Source: Eledone cirrhosa (taxonomy: Eukaryota). From it: DNA of 64,000 bases. The stretch lies in assembly GCA_964016885.1 (NCBI GenBank), contig OZ024740.1:356438001-356502000 (forward strand). Direction: 5' to 3'. The stretch's first letter is position 1. Every line of letters begins with the position of its first letter. Positions 28,678 to 42,569 of the stretch are shown here, piece after piece. The position numbers were made by a program, and so were the translations under genes. The notes under the pieces were generated by a model. That model ran no database searches. It was not told the DNA's origin and saw only the letters and a list, made by a program, of their open reading frames with translations.

Positions 28678-28756
<79 letters not shown>

Positions 28757-29764
28757 TAATTATTATATATATATATATATATATATATATTCACTATTAA
28801 ACAATATCTTCCGTTAGTTATGTATAGACATGACGTACAATGTTGGTTGCTGAACTTCAGACTTTTAAAGTTACCATTCGTCATTTGGCAACCTTTCCCG
28901 AGAATAACATTTTCTAAAGAGATTATCTTTGAAAATTGGCGTTGGTAGGATATTACCCCACTTTGTTTGGAGAGAAAATATCCTGCCTAAATCTGTTTTG
29001 AAACACCAAACTGTTATGGGAAAGGTCTGTTTTGCCTCCTGTTTCTTCTATTTCTCTATATCTCATGGTTGAAATTCTGGCAAACATCTGTAGTAGACAT
29101 TTTTGTATAAGATATGTGAATCAATAATGTCATACAGTGTAGTTTTCATTCCTTTAAATATTCATTTTCTATTGTAAACTCACTATACTATTGATATTTC
29201 GATGTAAAAAGCCATATCCGGATTCAAATATTGTTCACCAAATTTGCGTGAGAATAAACACCTCTAAACAGGTTTTCCTTGCAAATTGTTGTTGGAAATA
29301 TCTTTTCAGCAAACTGGCTGTTGAATGGCAGTAAACATGTTTGCTTTCTTCTTCTACACTTCTTTTCCTTCCCATCTGGTTAAATGGGTATTAGTATTTT
29401 CTTAAAAAGCTGGCGCATCTTGTAAAAATAAGCTTTATACAAGATAAATCTATTAATAATGCCATACTGTATCGTCTTAAATGAATAAAATCCATAATAC
29501 ATTATCTACACCACTCGTTGCTTCTGAAACCTTAATTTGCTTGCGACTTCTTTTTAATAGCCACATGTTTTTTTAAACTCTCCTTCAGTGTTATGAAGTT
29601 TATTTATTATTTATAAACTCCACATGTGAATATATCAAACAAATATTGCTAATAACAAACTAAAACATAGTAAACCTTAAACTGCATATGGAAGATCAAC
29701 GCACTCATATCTATGTAATCATAATGGTGATGATAATAATGATAATAATAATATTGATAATAGT

Positions 29765-30330
29765 AATAAACTGGACTAAAAGCTGAGACGGAAGGATTTC
29801 TAATTGCAGCACAATACAAAAGCCTACCCACCAGAAACTACCAGGAGTTCATAATGAAACAAAGCACCATAAATAACTGTAGAATATGTGGAGATAGGGA
29901 AGAAACAATCAACCGCATTGTTTCTGGTTGCTTTAGAAAAAAAGGCATGATAGAGTTGGGACCTTCATTCACTGGAAATACCAACCAAAAAATGATAGTA
30001 CTAACACACACCAGAAAAAGTGTCAGAGAATGACAAAACAACCATTCTCTGAGACAGAGATATCAGAGCCAACCGACCAAATATTATAGTCAAAGACACA
30101 AAAAATGCCTTCTCATAGATGTATCAATCACCACAGACGACGATATATCTTCCAAGGTAAAAGAGAAACTCTCCAAATATAAATATCTAGAGATAGAAAT
30201 AACTCGAATGTGGAAAATGAAACCTATAATAGTAGTGTTCTGGGAATGATAAAAAAATCTCACAGACAAATGCATAACCATAACTCCAGGCCTTACGTGC
30301 ATACAAAGATAGCACTACTATGCAGATTAC
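29765..30330 (+). mobile_element. Degraded R4/Dong-like LINE 3' fragment
   Basis: Translates in pieces as LKAETEGFLIAAQ, CRICGDREETINRIVSGC, HDRV, CLLIDVSI, KEKLSKYKYLEIEITRMW. Confidence 0.8.
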
Positions 30331-30599
30331 CATAAATATATATAAAAAGGGGAAAAGGCTACTATTGATAATTTAGGTATTATTGCGAATTCTAATTTCA
30401 CATTTAGCTAGAAAATGTATTAAGTTTGAGAATTCGATTGCATGACAACACTACCAATTATGCTTGAGAGCGTTCATCGACTGACTCTTCAGCTGTTCTG
30501 ATTGAATTAGATTTCAGTACAATATACAGTTGTCTATGTAAGACAGAAAATATTTTTGAAACTGTTTAGACATAATAATCCTAATCTGGCTTATTGAAT

Positions 30600-31150
30600 A
30601 GTCAAATTATTTTCGCAAAACAAAATCACCAATCCATGAAATTTCAAATTTATAATTTTCTGCTTCATGGTTTCAGAAATATGTTTTCGCGAGCGCTTCC
30701 GAGTTAATATCCAACGTGAAATTGCTTATGCATTTCAAGTCGAGATATCTTAGGTTCATGCAGCTTCTCAAATATATCTCACAAAAGACACAATTGTCAA
30801 AGCCAATTCACATAATATAAGAATTATAAAAAGTTTGAATTTGTGTCAACAAAAGCATTTATTCACTTCTTTATTCTAATAGTTGTTACAAAGCTTGTCT
30901 ATTTGAAAGCCATTGCATCTCTCTATTTCCTGAAATCAGATGATTTTAAATGAAGTTGATTAACACACTTAACTCTTAAGAACTTTCTAGACGCTAATAC
31001 CTATTGACGAAATATTCAACGTGTGGAAAGCGTAGGTGTATTGCATAAGGATATCATTTTGCGTTGAATCATACATATGTTCTCGTTATTGCTGCTGCAC
31101 ATTTGATACATAAATTAAAGCAATTATACCCTTCCTGATATATCTCCTTG
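30600..31150 (-). pseudogene. Possible highly degraded hAT transposase fragment
   Basis: Minus-strand pieces resembling 'AAA..G', 'PYAIH..FHTLN' and 'RLKC.S..RW' appear in hAT order; heavily disrupted. Confidence 0.3.
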
Positions 31151-31542
31151 AAAAATGAAACCACCTTCAGGAAAAAAAAATCTTCTGTTTTACGCTCATC
31201 TCAGAAACGACATATCACTAAGGCCTCACGTAGCCAATATTCATATGGATATCAAACAAATACGAATAGAGGAGCTGCAAATCTAGTACTTTCTTTGAAT
31301 TTCTTCATTCCCTTTACAAATCGTATCATTTGACAGCAGTATTCTCTTAGTTCGTTCGTAAATTCATTCCCTGAAAGATTTCTGGGATTATACCTTCCGC
31401 TGGCAAAATTCTTCACCAATCATGTAGAGTTTATTTGAGTTAGTATTTATTTATGAGTACTCCTACAATGCAATTTACTAGTGGTCTTGAACCAGTGTAC
31501 GTTCCTTTCAAAAATAACTTTTCGTACTTCCAACGATTTTGG

Positions 31543-31615
<73 letters not shown>

Positions 31616-31858
31616 CATATATATATGTATATATATAAGATTTCAAGTTATCAATAATGTAGTGATAATATATCGTCACATTAGAGTGAACAGCGTACCT
31701 GTAGGTTTGCTCAACGAGTATAATTATATTCCGGAGAAAATGTAGAAAAGATGAATATAAAATGAATGTGCTTTTATAAAAGGAATTTATTAGGTATTGA
31801 CATATGTTTCTGTAACAGACGGAATACCTATGTATCGATGCTTGCGTAATCATATAAT

Positions 31859-32040
31859 TGTTTCTACTTTAGGCACAAGGCCAGCAATTACCCAGTGCAT
31901 TACTGGTACTTTATTTTATCGACCCCGTAAGGATGAAAGGCAAAGTCAACCTCGGCGGGATTTGAACTCAGATCGTAAAGGGACGTAACTATGCTGGAAA
32001 GCATGGCGTCCGACCCTCTACCGATACTGCCAATCCCTAC
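31859..32040 (-). mobile_element. tRNA-derived SINE inserted into a Penelope pLTR, 14-bp TSD
   Basis: TSD CGTAATCATATAAT at 31845-31858 and 32041-32054. Confidence 0.92.
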
Positions 32041-32497
32041 CGTAATCATATAATATTAGCAAGTAATCGATAGCAAATGTATAATCAGTTGTCACTTCTT
32101 CAGAGATATTGGATAAATTGGAAAAAATCAGAAAAATCAAAGTATTTATAGGAGGAAGTTATAGTTCACTTGAAGCATTGCGTAATGAGGTATAAACGTT
32201 TGTATATGTATAATAAAGTCAAAACAATGCAGGTATGGACATAGAATAAAGAATGCAAATGCAAAAGATATTTACCTTAGATTTATTTAAATGTCCTTAA
32301 TTTTCGAGATAATATCTCTTCTTTGGAGGGAAGTAAAGCGTTTAAACCAGTGTTCTAAATAGCTTGCCAAGTCATGCTGGCAGGAAATGGTATAGAGTAT
32401 CTGTTCTATCTCTAATGTCAAAGAGTTAGGTTAGGTGGAAGTATTTATATTTATATTTAACTCTGTCCAACCAGGATAAAAAATCAAAGTATTTATA

Positions 32498-32900
32498 TGT
32501 AACTGTGTCCAACCAGGATTGTGTCCGTTGAATAATCAGTGTCTTGAACGCAACATCATATACAAATGTACTATCGAATCGGGTAACCAGAAGTGGTACT
32601 ATGTGGGGTCTACTGCTACCTCCTTCAAAGCTCGCCTTTATAGACATCGTTATTCGATAAAACATGAAAACCAACGTTATGTAACAACACTCGCAGACAA
32701 GGCTTGGCAGCTGCGCGAAAATAACCAACAATTTAACCTAAAATGGGATAAAATAGTGTCACCCCGGCGTAAACCAAGGACAGAAATTTTGTAGATTGTG
32801 TTATATGGAAATGTTTTGTATTATGAAATTCAAAAATATTTTATTAAATAACAGAATAGAGCGATCGTTATACTGTAACCATCGCTTGAAATCTACATTT
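32498..32900 (+). pseudogene. Penelope GIY-YIG endonuclease fragment
   Basis: CNCVQPGLCPLNNQCL..NIIYKC...YYVGST..SFKAR..RH...TTLADKAWQL. Confidence 0.85.
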
Positions 32901-33408
32901 TCATATTACAAACGCTACCAGGATTGAACGCCTGTCTCCATCCCCGTTTGATTGTCAAAATACATATTAACATTATCTCTATTAGTTTTAATTCTATCAA
33001 CTCTTCTATTCTTTATTATTTAATATAAAATGCTATAGATAAAATAAGATTTCTCAATTCAATTCCCTAAAGCATATACCAACGGACTACCAGCATTGTT
33101 GTTATACAGTAGTAGTGAAAATCTCTCTTCCTTACTTGACACCTTATATCTGTATTAATACTACCACACCAAGCCACCAGCCCTGTCCATTGTTCAACTG
33201 GTCAAATATAAATTAAAATCGGCACTCCCAAAAATTCTTATTTAGATAAAATAAGCCATATACACATTGTATTCTCATTAAATACCTTCTATATACTTAT
33301 TTACCAGCAAATTGAATTGCCACCTGTCATATACTTTCCCATCTCCTCTTCCTTTCTTACGACTAATATAAATACTTTGATTTTTCTGTTTTTTTCCAAT
33401 TTATCCAA

Positions 33409-33525
33409 TATCTCTGAAGAAGTGACAACTGATTATACATTTGCTATCGATTACGTGCTAATATTATATGATTACGCAAGCAGCGATACATAGGTATTCC
33501 GTCTGTTACAGAAACATGTCAATAC
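33409..33525 (+). ncRNA. Putative type I hammerhead with a long stem II insertion (family C)
   Basis: CTGAAGA 33414-33420; stem II base GTGACA/TGTTAC; GAAA-CATG-TC 33511-33520 (CATATG in the inverted copy). Stem I is weak. Confidence 0.5.
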
Positions 33526-33680
33526 CTAATAAATTCCTTTATAAAAGCACTTTCATTTTACATTCATCTTTTATATATATATATACATACACATATACAT
33601 ATACATACACATATACATATGTATATATATATATGTACGTATGTATGTATTTATGTGGGTATGCATGTATTTATGTATGG

Positions 33681-33711
<31 letters not shown>

Positions 33712-33714
33712 TAT

Positions 33715-33869
33715 GTTGATTTAAAACTGCACTATCCACAAGTGTTTTTAACCTTCATATCATGTCCTCCTATTTTATCTGATGAAAACACAAATGTTAT
33801 TGCATGATGATATTTGTTTTTGAAATGCGCATAATAAAATATATGGAACTCATTTAACCATCTTTTGAT

Positions 33870-33873
<4 letters not shown>
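33715..33873 (+). mobile_element. Solo family-A fragment between (TA)n tracts
   Basis: Near identical to 4494-4652. Confidence 0.85.
33771..33841 (+). ncRNA. Type I hammerhead ribozyme (family A)
   Basis: Same sequence as 4550-4620. Confidence 0.85.
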
Positions 33874-33918
<45 letters not shown>

Positions 33919-34049
33919 AACGAGGAGAGAAGAATACTGCATGGTTGCATGCGATGAAATACCAATGATGGTTGGCAAATCACTGATGAGGGACTAATTT
34001 TATATGTAATCCATGTGCAACCATGCAGTATTCTTCTCCCCTCGTTTTT

Positions 34050-34195
34050 CCTAGCTGGGATCTCCCAGTGTAACTTATATTGGGTGTGGTTGTCTTTTAG
34101 ACTCCAGATATAAGCTGAAAGTGACGTCATATTCCTTCTTAGTGGGTAACGGAAAGAATGTTTTGGTGACTTAAGTCTCCGAAGATTCGTTTATT
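34050..34195 (-). pseudogene. Penelope GIY-YIG C-terminal fragment
   Basis: RNMTSLSAYIWSLKDNHTQYKLHWEI resembles the T.LS.YIW.LK....I.W.I motif of Penelope endonucleases. Confidence 0.6.
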
Positions 34196-34451
34196 TACAT
34201 GTAGGTATGTGTGTGCGCTTGTTATATACGTTTATATAATTATTTATTTATTTGTATACACGCATACACACACACACATATTTATATGTGCGTGGTTTTG
34301 TATACCTATGGTAATTGTTTTGCGTATGCTTGTGTATGTACGTATTTATTTGCGTGTATGTATTTATTTATTTCTATTACTTCTGTATTGTATTTATTTA
34401 CTTTGTTCTTAACTCTGTAGCGGAGATTCATTCGGTCTCCTAGTTGGAATT

Positions 34452-34725
34452 TTAGTCTACGACTTCTGCTATACCATTTACGTGGTTTTGTCTTTGCGTG
34501 CTATTGTTCTCCACGCTCCACATATGACGTATTATCTTCGTTTTTTTCGTTCATTGCCAGAGAACGTCACTATGAACCACCTAAGAGAACATTAGTCTAC
34601 GACCTCTTTCATACCATAAACGTGGTTCTGTCTTTGCGCGTAATTGTTTTTCACCGCTCCTATTAATGACGTATTATATTCGTTTTTTCCCGTTCTTTGC
34701 CAGCGAACGTTTCCACGAACCAAAG
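34452..34725. repeat. Diverged tandem duplication, unit about 139 bp
   Basis: TTAGTCTACGAC...TATACCAT..ACGTGGTT.TGTCTTTGCG...ATGACGTATTAT...TTGCCAG.GAACGT at 34453 and 34592. Confidence 0.8.
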
Positions 34726-34867
34726 TATCGTCTTCCTGTCTTCCTCCGGTTGCAACGTTTTTTGAAATATCCACTTCTGCGTTTACAGATTGACTTTGTT
34801 AGTTTCAGAAGATCCCGTTAAGGGTGAAAGCAGCGATTCTTTGCTTAAACTTTAATCTGTTATTTTA

Positions 34868-34919
<52 letters not shown>

Positions 34920-35330
34920 TTAACTCAGTTGAAAGGACTTGACTGTTATTTCTAGTTGACGATAACTTTTTCACGCTACTGGTGGGACAAAGCTGGTACA
35001 ATGTGTGTATTTTTAGTAAATACACCACGTGTTACTGGCCAGTCGCTGATTTGAATTTGATGCGTAAACACAGATGATTGGTCCTCTTCCTTGTTGAAAA
35101 TCAAGGATCTGGCTACTGTCGTTTACCAATCGATTAATTAGTAAAATATATTTCTTTAATGGAATATATACAAGGAAGATTAATCAATTTATAAGGTATC
35201 TATTTTTGAAGTTCTGGTTAAACATTATTTAGTTACCTACCTAGCTATGTGTGCTTACACACTTTTACCAATTATCCCCTGTGATTGTTTCATATGTTTA
35301 TTTTAGATATATTAATATGTCAAGCAATTT

Positions 35331-35751
<421 letters not shown>

Positions 35752-35825
35752 ATCATACTCTGCTCTGTAAGAGCATATAATACTCAACCGGCATACCGCC
35801 TATGGAAGCATCTTAGCTACCATCA

Positions 35826-35915
<90 letters not shown>

Positions 35916-35998
35916 TATATAATTAAGTAGATATATATGGATATATGTATATATATATATATGCATGTATACTTATATATATATATACATATATACAC

Positions 35999-36031
<33 letters not shown>

Positions 36032-37342
36032 CACGCGTGAGTGTGTGTGTGCGCGTGCGTGTGTGTATGTGCACGCGTGTGCGTCTGTAAGTATGTGTGA
36101 GCGTATGGGTGGGTAATAAACAATAAAAAACATGTAAAACATCATTTATATGGATCATCAGTAGGAATTCGTTACATAATGAAGTACGGAATTCCGTACG
36201 CATTACATTTCTAATTTATTGAAATTTCCATCTAAGTCGGAGAAAATCTAAATACCTAGCGGCAATTTTTAAGCAACTCTGAAAGTGAAGAATAGATTAT
36301 TTCAAGAAATTTAAAAAAATATTTGTGAGTAAGTAAGTAAGTAAGTACGTAATTATGTATGTTTGTATGCATGTATGTATGTGTGTATGTATGTATGTAT
36401 GTGTGTATGTATGTATGTATGTATGTATGTATGTATGTATGTATTAACATAATGAACAAAAAGCTGGAATTTTGTTGAAGCTGTATTTATACAATGCTTC
36501 TTGCAAATGCCTCAAAATGCCACATGATCAGCGTTTCGATGCGTTATTTCCTTCCTTTTGCGAACGTATTTGAAAACCGGAGGGAGCCGACAGCCAGTTC
36601 GAACAAAGCATGTTTCTGTGGGTCGCAGAATCGTCATAGAAATGTATTTGAAAACAGAATGCGCAAAGCTAGGATAGATATTGCAAAGCATCCTTCTAGC
36701 TCGTTGACATTTCTGTCAATTCATCGCTTATGGATTTGATCTTTACTTATTGACCCCCAAAATTGAGAGAAAATGTTGAGCTCGTTACAAAGACAGAACA
36801 AGACAAATATATATATATATTCCATATTGGAGAGGGTGGGTACTTCGGAGGTTTCAACGTAATTGGCATTTAAAATACTATGGTAGAGCATAGAGCCGTT
36901 TTCAAAATCTCAAATTAGATTTATAGAAAATGAGGAAATATTAAGATTAATGAGATTTATATTTAAACAACATCACTTATGTTTCATGTATATATATATA
37001 CCATGAAACATAACATTATACTCATATACATCCAAGTGTAAAGTCAAATAACTAATTCTCCTGTTTAGTAATCAATAACATTCTTCCTTAATTCTACTTT
37101 TATTATCAATATTTCCATAGTTGCATTATCATTACTATTTCTAAGAAGAAATGATATAATATTATTCAGTGATTAAACATCGATTAATACATTGACACAC
37201 AGACAGACAGACAAGCAGGCACACAGACACACAAACACACACACATATATTTACATAATTATATCTGTGCGTGTGTGTAAATATATTTATATACATATAT
37301 ATATGTAAATACATACATATATATATATATATATATACATAC

Positions 37343-37378
<36 letters not shown>

Positions 37379-37387
37379 TTATATATG

Positions 37388-37461
<74 letters not shown>

Positions 37462-37464
<3 letters not shown>

Positions 37465-40317
37465 TGAAAAATTGAACGGGAACAAAACAAAGAAGCAGTC
37501 CGAACAAAGGTTTATTAATTTCACGCTCTTGAGAGTGAGGCGGGGTGGGGAACGACGTTTCGAGCATAAGCCCTTCTTCAGGTGAAAAGTGTGTGGGAAG
37601 AGAGTTCAAAGGGTATGTAGGGGGGGAGACATATAGCAAAAAGGGGTGAGAGGAAACGGTGCAAATGAAATTAAAAATAAAGGCATGATCAAAATAAAAT
37701 TAAAATGGGGTAAAACAGGTGGTGGAAGAGTGTGGGGCGTGTAGGGGTGGTTGCGGGTGGAGTGGGTAGAGGGAGACGGGGTATCCGAGCGGGGAGGGCT
37801 GAAGGTGGTGTACGTGTGTGTGTGTGTGTGTGTATGTGAAAGCAAGGGTTGGGGGAAGAACGGGGTTGCATGTTCAGGAAGAGGTGTGTGTGGGGTGGGG
37901 TGTAGGTCGGAGTGTGTGTGCGTGTGTGGATAGAGGGGTGGGGGAGAGGATTCCGGAGGCTGAATGTGTAAATATGTGGTGGTACGCACGTGTGTGTGTG
38001 GTGTTTATGCGTGTTGAGGATGTAGGTGGCGTGTGGGAAAAATTTTTTTTTGGGTGTGTGTCTGGGGTGAGTCGTAAAGGTAATTCCGTATAAAGATGTG
38101 GTGGAATGCTGAGTAAAATTCTGGGATGCGGTAGATTCTCGGGATCAAGGTTCACATATGTGTAATCCGTGAAGAGATTGGTCGGAAGAGGGGAGATGTG
38201 GGGTGCGCGCGCAACAGAAAGTGGTCAGAGGGTCAAGGCAGGAGGAGGGTTGTGTGTCTGTGTGTGCGGGGAGGTAGTCAGAGAGGCATAGCAGCAGTAG
38301 GGTAGAATGGTAAGTGAAGGTGTGTCAGTGTGTGCGGAGGTGCGGTGGACAGGGGAGAGGATGGGTAGGTGTGAAAGTTGGAGTGTGGAGGGTGTGTGTG
38401 TGTGTATTAGTAGAGGTGTTAGTGGGATGTGTGAGTGTTTGAGAAAGGGTGTGGTGGCCGATGGAGGGAGTGTAGTGTACTGGTGTGTGTGTGTGGTGAA
38501 GGGGGTGTTAGTGGGTGTTAGTATACTGGAGGTGGAGAAAGGGTTGAATGCGGGTGTGAGTGGGGGTCAGTGGTGGTAGGGTGTGTAGAGTGGGTGGTGT
38601 AAGAGGGGGTGTGTGTGTTCGTGTGCGTAGGGTTGGGAGGTGTTAGTGATGTTAGTTGCGTGTAGAGTGGGTGGTGTAAGTGGGTGTGTGTGTTCGTGTG
38701 CTTGGGGTCAGGGGGTGTTAGTGATTTTAGTTGCGGGGTGGTGGGGTGGATGTGTGGGGGTGAGGGTTAGTGGTGGTAGTAGGGTCTGTGTTTAGAGTGA
38801 GCGCGTGTATATATGTACCGCTGGGTGTGTGCGTGTGATAAGAAAGGGGGGGGGATAAGGGAGGGATGTTAGTATGTTAGTTGGGGAAGGGTCTTCGGGT
38901 GTGGGGTGGAGGTGTTAGTATTGTTAGTTGTGGGATGGGCGGTGAAAAGAAGGGGTGTGTTAGTGGTGTTAGTGGGGGATATGTGTGGGGGTAGAACGGC
39001 GGTCGAAGGCTAAAGGAATAAGGGTGGGGAGTTCAGGCCGGGGGGAGTGTGGGTCTGTAGGGTGAAGATGGTTCGTTGTTTGACTCTTAGGAGATTGGCG
39101 GGTGTTCCGTGGCATTGGAGTAGGCCACAGACTGTGAGGTGGTGTGCGGAATGTCCAGGGGCACCAAAGTGGTGGGCGATGGGGGAACTACCACCGAGAC
39201 GAATATCCCGGAGGTGCTCAGTAAATCTGTCCGCCAGGCGACGTCCAGTCTGTCCGACGTAAGTCGCGCTGCACTCCGTGCAGCGAAGTCCGTAGAGTAG
39301 GTTGGAGGAGGTGCAGCGGAAGGCATGCCGGACAGAGAGAGAGAGAGAGTGGCCGTTGGGACCCTAGAAGGTGGTGGTGTTGGTGATGTGGGGACAGGTG
39401 TTGCAGCGGGGCCTAGAACAGGGAAAGGAACCGGGGGGGGAGAAAGCGTGGGTTGGGGGGTAGGGAGCTGTGGACGAGGAGGGTGCGGAGATTGCGTGCG
39501 CGTTTGAAGGAGGGGAATGGTGGGGCTGGGAAGATGTGGGAAGTGGAGGGGTCGGACTGGAGGCGTCGGAAGAGGCGGAGGATGGTGCGATAGAGGTGTA
39601 TGTTGGAGGGGTGGTAGGTGATGGGGAAGGGGGACGGTGGGTGGGTGTGCGGTGGCGTGGGTGAGGGTGGTGGAGCGGTGGACAGCACGGGCGCGGGTGA
39701 GAGGGGTGTGGACGAGGGGGGGGGGGGGGGGGGGGGGGGTAACCTCTGCGGATGAAATGGCTGACTAGGGAAAGGGTCTGGGACTCAAAGTCAGCATCTC
39801 GGCTACAGAGGCGGCGGATCCTGAGGAGTTGGGAGTAGGGAATAGAGTGTTTAGTGTGTGTGGGGTGGGAAGAGGTGAAGTCGAGGTAGGAGTGGGAGTC
39901 GGTGGGTTTGAAGAAGGCGGAGGTGACGAGGGGAGTGGTGGGAGGGGTCGAAGGCGACGGAGATGTCTAAGAAATGGACGTGGGTGGTGGAGATAGAGGT
40001 GGTGAAGTGGAGGGAGGGGTGGAAGGAGCAGAAGAAGGAGAGAAAGGAGTCGAGCTGTTCTCGGGTGAGGGTCGTGGCTCCGATACAGTCGTCGATGTAA
40101 CGACCGTACAGTTCGGGCGTGGGGCCGGTGTACTGGGCAAAGATTTGGGTCTCAACATAGCCAACAAAAAGGTTGGCATAGTTTGGGCCCATTCTTGTAC
40201 CCATGGCTACCTCCGTGACCTGTTGGTAAAACTCACCCGAGAAGGAGAAACAGTTGAGGGTGAGAACCAGCTCGGCGAGGCGAAGGAGGGTGGGGGTGGG
40301 GGGATGGGGGAGGGGCA
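37462..40317 (-). mobile_element. 5'-truncated Penelope-like element (RT C-terminal half, GIY-YIG, long C/A-rich 3' region, terminal hammerhead)
   Basis: RT: VLTLNCFSF.GEFYQQ...AMGT.MGPNYANLF...RYIDD (39851-40318). Endonuclease: CTSSNLLY.LRCTEC.ATYVGQTGRRLADRFTEHLRDI...PIAHHF...GLN (about 39030-39325). 3' end in (TA)n. Confidence 0.9.
37551..37587 (-). ncRNA. Minimal hammerhead motif at the Penelope 3' end (family D)
   Basis: Minus strand CAC-CTGAAGA-AGGGC-TTAT-GCTC-GAAA-CG-TC-GT, followed downstream by AATAAA; very short stems I and III. Confidence 0.7.
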
Positions 40318-40990
40318 TATATATATACGTGTGTGTACATGTGTTTATGTGTGTACATGTGTTTATGTGTGTATTAATCGATATGTAATGTTGTAATAAT
40401 ATATATATATCTATAGATACACAGATATGTTAAACTACTGTAGTAATAAACCTATTAATCAATTATATTCACGTTATAGGTTAATGACCGTAATAATCCT
40501 ATTTATATGTTTGTATCTAATTATGGGTAATAATAAAAACAACAAAAACGACATCATCAACAAATACAGCAGCAAGAACAACAGCAATAGCAACAATAAC
40601 AATATCATTATCATTGATATTAATAATGATATTTGAGCGAAGGAATGGCAGTGTCGGTAGATTTCTGGCATCATTGTAAGGTGGTCGTATTGTGCTAATA
40701 TATATAGAGAGATTTGGTCATTTATTATCCAACAACGCAACGTTTTGGACACCCTGTAATTTCGGCAAAGAAATGGTCTGTATACTTTATGATCAATAGC
40801 TCCTCTTATTCCAAAGAACCCTCCTCTCATGATAGAACAAGTTCTTTCAATATTGGTTATTCCAATAATTTGAAATAATTGGCATTGTTTTTTTGTTCTA
40901 GAAACCATGGTAGTAAGAAGATTATACGAGTTAGACTCACTTATTTTAGTCAGTCTGACTTTTACTCCCGAGATTTTGGTATAAGTGTAA

Positions 40991-41060
<70 letters not shown>

Positions 41061-41123
41061 CGCGCACACATAAGGGTGAAAACAGCGATTCTTTGCTTAA
41101 AGTTTAATCTGTTATTTTAATAA

Positions 41124-41197
<74 letters not shown>

Positions 41198-41363
41198 AAT
41201 TTATATCTAGTAACATTTATATACACAGAGATGCACATCAATGCTAGCAAATATATAGGTTTTGTCTTATTAACAATGTGGTTCAATGCATGGGGTTGCA
41301 GAACAATAATATGAGAGACGTAAAATAAGAAAATTATAAAATTAACTTACTTACTAAAAAATC

Positions 41364-41447
41364 ACTTCCAACTAATTAGTTTCTGGAATGGAGTAAATAT
41401 ATTTTTCCGAAGATACATATAGAAAATCATTCCGTCATCAGGAAAGT
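41364..41447 (-). ncRNA. Type I hammerhead ribozyme (family B)
   Basis: Reverse copy of the motif at 42570-42652 with an intact core. Confidence 0.85.
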
Positions 41448-42046
41448 CTTTTTCCGCATAGGTCTCCAGGCATAGCGAGGACATTGGAAACTTATTAAAA
41501 AAAATAATTCAGTGGAATGGAAATAGCTAAGCGTGGACTGGATTCCAAGCCATTGAGAAAATCACTGCCTCTACGTCTGTGGCAAATTCAAAAAGAATCA
41601 ATCACGTGACATCGAGGTCAATCAGTGGAAAGCGAGTGGTTATTAAGACAGCGGCCAGCTTACTACCATAGTAGCAGTCATGGCCAAATATTGCTCGACA
41701 AATGAATTGGAGATAATTATAAGGAATTTATATCTAGTAACATTTATAAAATGTTACTAGATATAAATTCCTTATAATTATCTCCAATTCATTTGTCGAG
41801 CAATATTTGGCCATGACTGCTACTATGGTAGTAAGCTGGCCGCTGTCTTAATAACCACTCGCTTTCCACTGATTGACCTCGATGTCACGTAATTGATTCT
41901 TTTTGAATTTGCCACAGACGTAGAGGCAGTGATTTTCTCAATGGCTTGGAATCCAGTCCACGCTTAGCTATTTCCATTCTACTGAATTATTTTTTTTAAT
42001 AAGTTTCCAATGTCCTCGCTATGCCTGGAGACCTATGCGGAAAAAG

Positions 42047-42126
42047 ACTTTCCTGATGACGGAATGATTTTCTATATGTATCTTCGGAAATATTTACTCC
42101 ATTCCAGAAACTAATTAGTTGGAAGT
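42047..42126 (+). ncRNA. Type I hammerhead ribozyme (family B)
   Basis: ACTTTC-CTGATGA-CGGAATG...CATTCCA-GAAA-CTAATTAG-TT-GGAAGT; predicted cut after 42120. Confidence 0.85.
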
Positions 42127-42569
42127 GATTTTTTAGTAAGTAAGTTAATTTTATAATTTTCTTATTTTACGTCTCTCATATTATTGTTCTGCAACCCCAT
42201 GCATTGAACCACATTGTTAATAAGACAAAACCTATATATTTGCTAGCATTGATGTGCATCTGTGTGTATATAAATGTTACTAGGTATAAATTCCTTATAA
42301 TTATCTCCAATTCATTTGTCGAGCAATATTTGGCCATGACTGCTACTATGGTAGTAAGCTGGCCGCTGTCTTAATAACCACTCGCTTTCCACTGATTGAC
42401 CTCGATGTCACGTGATTGATTCTTTTTGAATTTGCCACAGACGTAGAGGCAGTGATTTTCTCAATGGCTTGGAATCCAGTCCACGCTTAGCTATTTCCAT
42501 TCCACTGAATTATTTTTTTTAATAAGTTTCCAGTGTCCTCGCTATGCCTGGAGACCTATACGGAAAAAG

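Larger units (their letters stand above)
31744..33572 (+). mobile_element. Penelope-like element: inverted pLTR + GIY-YIG 3' part + pLTR
   Basis: 31744-32150 (excluding the SINE) is the reverse complement of about 33367-33572; GIY-YIG coding fragment lies between; ends in (TA)n. Confidence 0.85.

Noticed and set aside
28790-29600. Possible degraded Penelope-like linker region on minus
   Set aside because: Only vague motifs (RRRKQTCLLPFN, CTSC); not enough to call.
33915-34050. 36-bp inverted repeat enclosing GAAA...CTGATGA (type II hammerhead order)
   Set aside because: The inverted repeat is real, but no valid UH triplet or stem I can be drawn.
34804-34874. CAGAAGA-TCCC-GTTAA-GGGT-GAAA motif; its 56-bp tail is repeated at 41071-41127
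   Set aside because: The core is mutated and stems I and III cannot be formed; kept only as a short shared repeat.
40640-40990. ORF 40474-41067 as a LINE AP-endonuclease remnant
   Set aside because: Weak resemblance, and both ends are microsatellite-derived.
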